This document shows, in pieces, positions 9,131 through 18,127 of a stretch of DNA of 64,000 nucleotides (the first letter of the stretch is position 1; every line of letters starts with the position of its first letter). The notes below the pieces were generated by a model. That model made no database searches. It was not told the DNA's origin and saw only the letters and a program-made list of their open reading frames with translations. The stretch is taken from the NCBI GenBank assembly GCA_963707985.1, contig CAVPRW010000040.1, forward strand, positions 1 through 64,000, written 5' to 3'. The DNA is from an uncultured Nitrospinota bacterium. GTDB taxonomy: Bacteria; Tectomicrobia; Entotheonellia; J063; CAVPRW01. The position numbers and the translations under genes were made by a program.

Positions 9131-9841
9131 ATGTGGCGACAGATGGCCTGTTTGATGGTCATCGGCTGGTTGGGATGGGGATGTGCTGCGAGTGAGGGAC
9201 CCCACGGGACGGTGCAGCCCACTGCGCCGCAAGTGGAGGCTGTCAAATTTCCACCATATCGTGGCCCAAAGCAGAGGATCCAGGTGGTGCAAATCAACAT
9301 TCCGGCCGACGATATCAAGCACTACCCCGAATTGGGGGAGAAGCGCGTGGGGTTCGGCCTCAGCAACATTTTGGTAGAGACCCTCTTTGACACGGGTCGC
9401 TTCACGTTCTTGGAAGACAAAGAACAGATCCTCAGGCGTCTCGTTGAGTTGTGGGAGATGACCGAGGACGGCATCCTGGTCAAGAACCCTGTGGCGCCTG
9501 ATACTGCCCTGCAAGCTCCGGATTTTCTGGTGTACGCTCAGGTATTCGACTTTGTCGCCTGCTCGCCAATCGAGAGCATTGGCTTAGTGCAGAAGAATTT
9601 GACCTGTGTGACCAGCGTTGGGGTGCAGGTGCGCATCGCTAAGACCGCCACCGGCGAGTATATTCCAGGGTCCACCGATCCACTTTCCGCTGAGGGGAAA
9701 TATGCGCACACGGTGAATCTGTCCCTGTTCGGCGATACCCGCCTGGCCTTCGATCAGTCGGCCGTCGGCAAAGCCACCCTCAAAGCCACGCAATATGCTG
9801 TGCTGAAGGCCCTGGAGCGGTTCGATCGGGCCGGGAGGTGA
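9131..9841 (+). CDS. CsgG/HfaB-family lipoprotein
   Basis: Lipobox GWG-C; YRGPKQRIQV, GLSNILVETLFDTGRFTFLE, APDFLVYAQV, VGVQVRIAKTATGE and AVGKATLKA fit the CsgG/HfaB-like pattern. Confidence 0.78.
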   Translation: MWRQMACLMVIGWLGWGCAASEGPHGTVQPTAPQVEAVKFPPYRGPKQRIQVVQINIPADDIKHYPELGEKRVGFGLSNILVETLFDTGRFTFLEDKEQILRRLVELWEMTEDGILVKNPVAPDTALQAPDFLVYAQVFDFVACSPIESIGLVQKNLTCVTSVGVQVRIAKTATGEYIPGSTDPLSAEGKYAHTVNLSLFGDTRLAFDQSAVGKATLKATQYAVLKALERFDRAGR

Positions 9842-10082
9842 TGCCAAACTTGGCATCAAAGGTAACTTTTCAAACTTTTCTCTTGCCTTTTTTCTCCTCG
9901 TGGTTTACATAGCTGCATCGTAGCACCCTCACAGGCTGGATAAATACTACTACCGAGCTTCATAGAAGTTTTCCCAACCACTCACAATTGTATGGATAGG
10001 ATGCTGAGCGCGCGCATCCAAGAACGTAGCTGTGCCGGGATTGTCCTGACAACTGCCGCGCTGCCTGCAAAGGAGAACTTCT

Positions 10083-11063
10083 ATGCCAAGACACCCGCCG
10101 GGGATCTCCTGGAAATTTTTGAGTGCATGGTTAGGAAGCCTGCTCGTGGTACCCTTCTTGGCGTTCGCCCAGCAAACGGTTCCAGTGACGGTGACGGTCC
10201 AATTCGAGCCGCTTGGTCAACAAGCAGTGGGCGGCACAGGAGGCGGCAATCTCGCGATTTCGACCATTTCGGCAGCTGGTATGACCAGTTCCATCATGTT
10301 TAATCAAGTGATCCTTCCGAAAGTGGAGACCAGGAGCGAACGAGAGAGCGAACAGGCAGCGCTCGCTCAGCGAGTATCGAGACTGCCGCGAACATTCGGT
10401 GGGATGTTTCGCTATGAGCATGTGGATTTTGGGAATAGCGCCTCTGGTCTGGATGGCGACATCTATGTAACGAACGTCCAGATGGCCTGGGATGTCGAGG
10501 ATGTTTCCGTCGGTTTCTTGATTCCCTACGAGTACTTAGACCTCAGCAGTTTCAACATGAATCAGATCGGCTCCATTTTTTACGGCGAATATAGCCTCCA
10601 CTTCAGTCCTATGTACACCATGGGGTTCATCGCGAATGGGAACTATGTCCATTCCTTCCTCGAGCATAATGTTCAGGATGTGAATACGTTCGGCGGTGGT
10701 GTCGGCGTCTCCTTGACCATGGATAGAGACATATTTGTCATCGGGGGCGCCGTGTCCTACCAATTCAATGGCGACGACACCTTCCTCCCAAATGATCACC
10801 AACATCTGATCAAAATAGGCGCCAATGCTGGTGTCCGCATCGGACAAAACAGTGTGGTCAATCTGTTCAGTACGTGGAATTACGATGTTACCAATTATCA
10901 ACAGCCGCTGAGCAACTCGGACGACAATTATTTCGATCTCGGGATCGAGGTCTCATGGAGTCTCAGCAGAGCATGGAAACTTAACGGTGGGTATAAGCGC
11001 ATCCTCGGTTTGAACGATTTCGAGTCCAACCAATTTTTCCTCGGCTCCCTGCTGCGATTTTAA
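10083..11063 (+). CDS. Outer-membrane beta-barrel protein (autotransporter beta-domain-like)
   Basis: Signal peptide ending AFA-Q; alternating hydrophobic/aromatic strands; C-terminal beta-signal NQFFLGSLLRF ending in Phe. Confidence 0.75.
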   Translation: MPRHPPGISWKFLSAWLGSLLVVPFLAFAQQTVPVTVTVQFEPLGQQAVGGTGGGNLAISTISAAGMTSSIMFNQVILPKVETRSERESEQAALAQRVSRLPRTFGGMFRYEHVDFGNSASGLDGDIYVTNVQMAWDVEDVSVGFLIPYEYLDLSSFNMNQIGSIFYGEYSLHFSPMYTMGFIANGNYVHSFLEHNVQDVNTFGGGVGVSLTMDRDIFVIGGAVSYQFNGDDTFLPNDHQHLIKIGANAGVRIGQNSVVNLFSTWNYDVTNYQQPLSNSDDNYFDLGIEVSWSLSRAWKLNGGYKRILGLNDFESNQFFLGSLLRF

Positions 11064-11148
11064 CGGGAACCTCGGGCGTGGATCCCCTCTGAGGAAGATG
11101 CTTCTCAACCATCTGCCACTATCAGATGCCTAGCTTGTGTGAAGCACC

Positions 11149-14100
11149 ATGATGCGTGGGTATTGGCCTGCACATGAACATGAACAGAGCGGGGGTTCGA
11201 TATGGGACATGTCATACTGCGCCGCCGGTTGCCGCGTCGGATGGGTGTCGCTGCTGACGATCGCGCTGTTCGCGCTATGGGGCTGTAACGGCGCAGAAGG
11301 GCCATCAGGCGAAGGCAGCTCGGCCACGTCGGTTCGGGTGGTGTTTCCGGGCCAGCAGGCCTCTCTTGAGCCGGGGGACATCCCCGATAGGACTTCTCCC
11401 GCACCCGCGTCATCAGCAGACCGCCTTTGCAAATCTGCTGGACAATCTCAAAGGCTTCTATGCGGTCCGGCTCGCATACGCTCAAGTGATCCCTGCTAAC
11501 GTCGCCCGCCTCCTGCTCATCGTCACTGGCCCGGGCATGTCTCCTATCGAGCAGAACATTGATACCAGCACCGGCCGCGTCACGGTGAACGTGCCGGTGG
11601 GCAATGACCGACTGTTCGAAGTGCGTGCCTTTCCTGCCGGTTCCGCAATCCCCAATTTTATCGGCCGCACAACCACCGATGTCTCTCCGACCGGCACCAA
11701 TGTGACCATCAATATGCGGGCTGCCAATCTCCGACCGCCTGTAGCCAACGCCGGCCCCGATCAAGCCGTCCTCTTCGTGGGCCAGGTGGTGCAGCTCGAT
11801 GGCAGCGGCTCCAGCGACGCCGATGGCAATCCCTTGACCTTCCGCTGGAGCTTCACCAGCCGGCCACCCGGCAGTCAGGCGGCTCTCTCCGATGCCACCC
11901 TGGTGAACCCCACATTCGTCGCCGATGTGCTCGGCACCTATGTGGTGCGGCTCCTCGTCAACGACGGCACCGTCGACAGCCTGCCGGACACGGTGATGGT
12001 CACCGCCGACAACGTCCGCCCGGTGGCCAACGCCGGCCCCGATCAAGCCGTCCTCTTCGTGGGCCAGGTGGTGCAGCTTGACGGCCGCAGCTCCAGCGAC
12101 GCCGATGGCGATCCCTTGACCTTCCGCTGGAGCTTCACCAGCCGGCCGCCCGGCAGCCAGGCCATTCTGTCCGATCCGACCCTGGTCAATCCCACCTTCG
12201 TTACTGATGTGCTCGGCACCTATGCACTGCGGCTCCTCGTTAACGATGGCACCGTCGACAGCTTGCCGGATACGGTGATGGTCACCGCCGACAACATCCG
12301 CCCGGTGGCCAATGCCGGCCCCGACCAACCTCTCGTCTCGGTGCCGCAGACGGTGCAGCTCAATGGTCGCGGCTCGAGCGATGCCGATGGCAATCCCTTG
12401 ACCTTCCGCTGGAGCTTCACCAGCCGGCCGCCCGGCAGCCAGGTTATTCTGTCCGATCCGACCCTGGTCAATCCCACCTTCGTCACTGATGTGCTCGGCA
12501 CCTACGTGCTGCAGCTCCTCGTTAACGATGGCACCGTCGACAGCTTGCCGGATACGGTGATGGTCACCGCCGACAACATCCGCCCGGTGGCCAATGCCGG
12601 CCCCGACCAACCTCTCGTCTCGGTGCCGCAGACGGTACAGCTCAATGGTCGCGGCTCCAGCGATGCCGATGGCGATCCCTTGACCTTCCGCTGGAGCTTC
12701 ACCAGCCAGCCGCCCAACAGTCAGGCCACCCCCTCCGATTCGACGCTCGTCAATCCCACCTTCGTCGCCGATCAACTCGGCACCTATGTGGTGCAGCTCC
12801 TCGTCAACGACGGCACCGTCGACAGCCTGCCAGACACGGTGATCGTCACCGCCGAGAACACCCGCCCGGTGGCCAGTGCCGGCCCCGACCAACCTCTCGT
12901 CTCGGTGCCGCAGCCGGTGCAGCTCAATGGCAGCGGCTCGAGCGATGCCGATGGCAATCCCTTGACCTTCCGCTGGAGCTTCACCAGCCGGCCTGCCGGC
13001 AGCGAAGCCACCCTCTCCGATCCGACGCTGGTCAATCCCACCTTCGTCGTCGATGCGCTTGGGACCTACGTGCTGCAGCTCCTCGTCAACGATGGCACCG
13101 TCGACAGCCTGCCGGATACGGTGATGGTCACCGCCGACAACATCCGCCCGGTGGCCAATGCCGGCCCCGACCAGCCTCTCGTCTCGGTGCCGCAGACGGT
13201 GCAGCTCAACGGCAGCGGCTCGAGCGATGCCGATGGCAATCCCTTGACCTTCCGCTGGAGCTTCACCAGCCGGCCTGCCGGCAGCGAAGCCACCCTCTCC
13301 AATCCGAACCTCCCGAATCCCACCTTCATTGCCGATGTGGTCGGCATCTACATGGTGCAGCTCATCGTCAACGACGGCATTGTCGATAGCCCGGCGGATA
13401 CGGTGATCGTCACCGCCGACAACATCCGCCCGGTGGCCAATGCCGGCCCCGACCAGCCTCTCGTCTCGGTGCCGCAGCCGGTGCAGCTCAACGGCAGCGG
13501 CTCCAGCGATGCCGATGGCGACCCGCTCACCTTCGCCTGGGCTTTCACCAGCCGGCCCGCCGGCAGTCAGGCCACCCTCTCCGATCCGACCCTGGTAAAC
13601 CCCACCTTCGTCGCCGATCAACTCGGCACCTATGTGGTGCAGCTCCTCGTCAACGATGGCACCCTCGACAGTCCACTGGATGCGGTGATCGTCACCGCCG
13701 ACAACATCCGCCCGGTGGCCAACGCTGGCCCCAATCAGCCTCTCGTCTCGGTGCCGCAGCCGGTGCAGCTCGATGGCAGCGGCTCCAGCGATGCCGATGG
13801 CGATCCCTTGACCTTCCGCTGGAGCTTCACCAGTCGGCCTGCCGGCAGCGAAGCCACCCTTTCCAATCCGAACCTCCCGAATCCCACCTTCGTCGCCGAT
13901 CAACTCGGCACCTATGTGGTGCAGCTCATCGTCAATGATGGCACCGTCGACAGCCCGGCGGCTACCGTCACGATCACCGCGGGCAACACCATCCCGGTGG
14001 CCAACGCGGGCCCCGATCAGACCGTCGTCTCCCAGGGCCTTCTCGGCTTCTGCGAGGTCGAGTCTGCTGAGGTGCAGCTTGACGGCAGTGACTCCAGCGA

Positions 14101-14722
14101 TGCTGATGGCGATCCCTTGACCTTCCGCTGGAACTTCACCAGCTTGCCTGCCGGCAGTGGGGGTAGTCTGTTCCGTTCCACCACGGAGAACCCTACCTTT
14201 GAGTCATGCGGCTTCGGTACCTATGTGCTACAGCTCATCGTCAATGATGGGGCCATCGACAGCCTGGCGGATACGGTGACCATTGTAGTGTCCAGACGGC
14301 CGCCGGTGGCCGACGCCGGCGACGACCAAGCCGTCCTCATAGGCCAGACGGTACAACTCGACGGCAGTGGCTCCAGCGAAGCCGATGGCAATCCCCTACC
14401 TCCTTCCGCGACCTTCCGCTGGAGCTTCACCAGCCGGCCCCTCTACAGCCTGGCCACCCTGGCCAATCCGAACAGCCCCAGCCCCACCTTTGGCGCTGAT
14501 GTGCTGGGCGACTACGTGGTACAGCTCATCGTCAATAACGGCATAGTCGACAGCCCGGCGGATACCGTCACGATCACCACGACCGGGTATTACATTGGAG
14601 GGAGTATTGATAGCAAGACGAGGTTCGCTAGCATTATTGGAACAGCCAGTTTGACGGTGATGATACTGGGGTTTTTTTCGAGAAGGCACCATGGAAGCAC
14701 CAGACAGCGGATCGAGCGATAG
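11149..14722 (+). CDS. Large PKD/Ig-like repeat surface protein with N-terminal lipoprotein signal and C-terminal transmembrane tail; frameshift near 11400
   Basis: ORF 11149-11499 supplies the signal and lipobox (ALFALWG-C). ORF 11366-14722 supplies ten PVANAGPDQ...LDGSGSSDADG.PLTF.WSF...GTYV.QL.VNDG..DS..D repeats and a FASIIGTASLTVMILGFFSRR tail. Confidence 0.85.
11738..14583 (+). repeat. Intragenic tandem array of 10 PKD-like units with a 282 bp (94 aa) period
   Basis: Unit starts at 11738, 12020, 12302, 12584, 12866, 13148, 13430, 13712 and 13994 (exact 282 bp steps), then 14303 (unit 9 is 309 bp). Confidence 0.97.
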
Positions 14723-14959
14723 AGAGCAGCGGCAGTATCGACAGACCATTGGCAAGGATGTAGTTGGAACTCCATGGCTGCTTGGCGGACGGTTGCGTCC
14801 GCTATCGTACGCCATCGCGGTATACACGCGCAGACTGCATTGTATAGCAATCCATGGCAGGCGAACGAGTGGTCGTGTACAAGGTTTCATGCCACGTCAT
14901 CGGCACGCGACGGTGCTCTGGAAGGAGGATACATGTAATGTCGTGGCGATCACCTTGAG

Positions 14960-16826
14960 GTGTGGCTCAGTGATAGGCCGCTGGCCAAGGAGATGAAGTT
15001 AGCCGAGGCAATGATGCCCAGCGATCGCACTGGTAGGCTCGCCCTGCTGACCGTCTTGCTGCTACACATGGCGGCGACGTGCTACGTGCTGCCGCCGACG
15101 GCGATCCCGCGCGATGATTCACTGCCGGGGAATGACTATCCCGTCCACACGCATAGGGTGTATTTGATGCAAGTGGCATTACGTGAAGGGGGGCTACCGT
15201 GGGGATATGACCCCAATCTCTCAGCAGGCTTTGCGATAGACCCAGCCCAAGACACAGGGAAGCCGCAGCAGATCTTAGGTGTATTACTTCCGTTCCTCCA
15301 TCCTGCGACGGTGGTAGCGCTTTTCGCCTTCGTGGTACTCCTCGCAGGGCCACTGCTGTTGGTCTTGGCATGCTGCCACATGAAACTCACTCTGAGCGTT
15401 CAGGCGTGGGTGCTAATCAGCATACTGGCACCACTCTGGCTCATAAACGGCCTCCTGTACCAGTTTATGGTCTTCGGGATGGTCGCGTACGTCGCCTCGG
15501 CGTTCGCCTCGCCCTGGGCGATGACACACTTTCTTCGCTTTATCGATCAGCCGACTGTGTGGCGGTGGCTCGGATTCACTACTGCGGGATGCTTTTTGTT
15601 CCTACTACACGTGGTAGGTCCGATGGCAATTGTGACGCCGCTCGTGTTGTATACACTTCTGGCGCGGCCATTAGCCGTGCGGTGGCGCATGGCAACGATG
15701 TTGACACCGCTGCTCATTGCAGCGCTCAATGCGTTCTGGTTCGTACCCCTGATGCTGGCTTTGGGTATGCCACGACCACCGTGGGCAGATGTGCCAGCCC
15801 AGCTTCTGCACAAATTCTTCATGTTTAAAAGTTGGGCAGAGTTGGCGGCGCACCTTACTCTTCTGGAGATGGCACTTTACGCCTTGGGGGTAGGCGCGGC
15901 GCTGGCTGGGCTTATGCTGCTAGTAAAGAAAGCTGGACGGCGAGCTGCTATCGCGTGCGGTCTAGCAGGATTCTCCTGCCTCTTCCTGGGGTTGTTCGGT
16001 TCGTTCGTGCCAGTCATTGTCTACATGCAGCCGTTGCGGTTGCTGATTCCAGCGACGGTGTTTCTGGGGTTACCAGTGGGTGTATTGGTCGAAGCCTTCC
16101 TGAGGAAGATACGCGTAGCGCCGGAGCTCGCCGCAGTGGTTATCGCCGTAGAGCTAGCGGGGTTGACTGTATTCCAGGGCTGGCTACAGCCCATGCAACA
16201 GACGTCGGCGTCCCAAGTATTAAAGGGTTTCGTGATGGAGCATACTTCGCCAGGCGATCGGCTGCTCATTCAGAGCCTAGACCAGCAGACCAAGGCCATG
16301 CCGCTTTCATTGGGACGTGAAGTCATCGGCGATACCTTCCCCGTGCTCAATGATCCCATCCAGTTCGAGGCAAATTCCGTCTTTGGCAAGACGTTTAGGC
16401 GCCTGGCAATCGGAGGAGCTGCGTAAGGCGCTGCATCGTTATGGAGTTGCATTCGTGCTTACGCTCACGCCAGAGGCGGGAGCGCTGTTCGCAAAAACAC
16501 TCGGGGAGCCGGGGAAGTTGGTGGGAGCCTACCAGGTGTTTACGGTACGTCCTCCGACCGGACGCTTCCTCATCGGGGAAGGCAAGGTGAAGGCAGCACT
16601 CAATCGACTGCAGCTTTCGGGGGTACACCCCGAACGTGAGTTGGTCGTGTTACGGTACCGTTATCACCCCGCGTGGGTGGCCTCAAATGGTCAACGAGTC
16701 GAGTACTTCCCAGTGCCGGAGGACCCAGCCGGCTTCATCGCCCTGCGCAACCCGCCAGCCGAGCTGACGCTGAGGTTCAGCCCATGGGCAATGCTCTGGA
16801 CACCCTGGCCAGCGTTATCAAAATAG
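14960..16826 (+). CDS. Polytopic membrane protein, GT-C glycosyltransferase-like (YfhO/PTPS-related type); frameshift near 16390
   Basis: One N-terminal TM helix, then a loop NDYPVH...WGYDPNLSAGF, about 12 TM segments and NAFWFVPL. The soluble C-terminal part continues in ORF 16317-16826 (LRYRYHPAWVA). Start codon uncertain (14960-15011). Confidence 0.6.
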
Positions 16827-17219
16827 CCAGCACATCTATACAGTGACTGATAGGTGTGGAATACTTGCCATATGAACACGACCTATACCCTTCATTGATA
16901 CGGGCCGTGTTGCTCGGGTCGTGTACTTACAACGAACGGATCATTGCAGACCCAGAAAATCAGGTAGGATCTGCTCATTTCACCATGACTCTAGTCCTGT
17001 GTCGATCCCGACGGTGTCGCAAAGATTTTGGTCACACTCAAATGATTTAATGATTTCCCGCCTGAATGTCCATCCGGGTACTCATCATTCGACTAACCGA
17101 TGGAGGGACACCCATGAAAAACATGTTGCCGAGACACATGGACGAGCGGGTTCTGAGTGAGACCACACGGGAGGCGTGTGACGCGGAATCCCTGCGGCTC
17201 ACACATCAGCTCAAATCGC

Positions 17220-17500
17220 CTGGGTTATGACCCGCAAAAGCAGCGGTACGTGGGCACGTGGATCGGATCGATGATGACCCATCTCTGAGTATACGACGGT
17301 GCGCTGGACGCGGCCGGAAGGGTGCTGTCGCTCAACGCTGAGGGTTCCCACCCGGCCGCTGAGGGGAAGATGACGACGTACAAGGACGTGATCGAGTTCA
17401 CGGCGACGATCACCGGGTGCTGACCTCGTACCTGCTGGGCCATGACGGGGAGTGGCACGGCGCCATGGTGGCGAACTATCGGCGAATGGAGTCGCCATGA
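17220..17500 (+). pseudogene. DUF1579-like C-terminal fragment
   Basis: LGYDPQKQRYVGTWIGSMMTHL*VYDGALDAAGRVLSLNAEG...YKDVIEF/DDHRVLTS...GEW; in-frame TGA at 17286 where Trp is expected, plus a frameshift; 5' half missing. Confidence 0.7.
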
Positions 17501-17789
17501 GCGCCAGGGCACTCAGCCGCTGATTGCACGATAGTAGGTACGGTAGGCCCAGTCATCCCTGCGAACCGTATATATGCCGCTAAAGGCTCCTGGAACCCCC
17601 CATGCCTTTGACACGCGTGAGTGGGTGGTGCGCAATACAACTGTTGCAATCGAAGGTATAGCAATTCTTGCTCACGACCATGATTGTCGTCTACACCCTC
17701 TCGACGGTCACGCGGTGTGCGACAATCACTTCTAACACCTGACGAGGAGATGCCATGCAACTCCAACCCTATCTTTTCTTCGATGGCCG

Positions 17790-17935
17790 CTGCGAAGGGC
17801 GCGTGCCTCAAGTTCTCTGGAGGGAAGCACATCGTGATCGATGGGCCCTGCCCCGAGACGAAAGAGCTACTCGGCAGCTTCTGGATCATCCAGGTGAAGT
17901 CAAAGGTTGAGGCGATCGAACGAATGATCATCCTT
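17790..17935 (+). pseudogene. YciI (DGPFAETKE)-family fragment
   Basis: KGACLKFSGGKHIVIDGPCPETKELLGSFWIIQVKSKVEAIE is a degenerate DGPFxETKE motif lacking both termini. Confidence 0.7.
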
Positions 17936-17962
17936 TATCCTGACTATGCCAGCGAGGTACAT

Positions 17963-18058
17963 ATGGCAGACTTCACACATTATCAGGATGTGGTGTTGTT
18001 GCGTGATATCTCCGAGGAAGGGTTGTGTGCAGACGATGTAGGCGCAGGAAAGGTGTAA
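17963..18058 (+). pseudogene. DUF4926-like N-terminal fragment
   Basis: GAGG RBS, then MADFTHYQDVVLLRDISEEGLCADDVG, which stops after 31 codons. Confidence 0.5.
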
Positions 18059-18127
18059 CCGCCCCTTTGTTGCGCAGTATGGCCGTGTCAGCAGTGCTGG
18101 TGTCACACGACCCGCTTTTTCCTGGTT

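Noticed and set aside
8398..9841. Curli biogenesis operon
   Set aside because: No CsgA/CsgB amyloid-repeat subunit or recognisable CsgE/CsgF; only a CsgG-like fold is suggested.
11105..13903. 932 aa antisense ORF with repeats
   Set aside because: Shadow of the PKD repeat gene. GC-rich codon bias and the 282 bp periodicity explain the lack of stops, and it has no recognisable motifs of its own.
11738..14583. SDADG motif in each repeat as a caspase (Asp-specific) cleavage site
   Set aside because: D-x-D-G-[DN] is the normal Ca-binding loop of these PKD-like domains, and both proteases have S1 residues predicting Arg/Lys specificity.
11738..14583. Repeat array as CRISPR or as a diversity-generating retroelement target
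   Set aside because: Units are 282 bp, in-frame coding and lack spacers; there is no reverse transcriptase or template repeat in the window.
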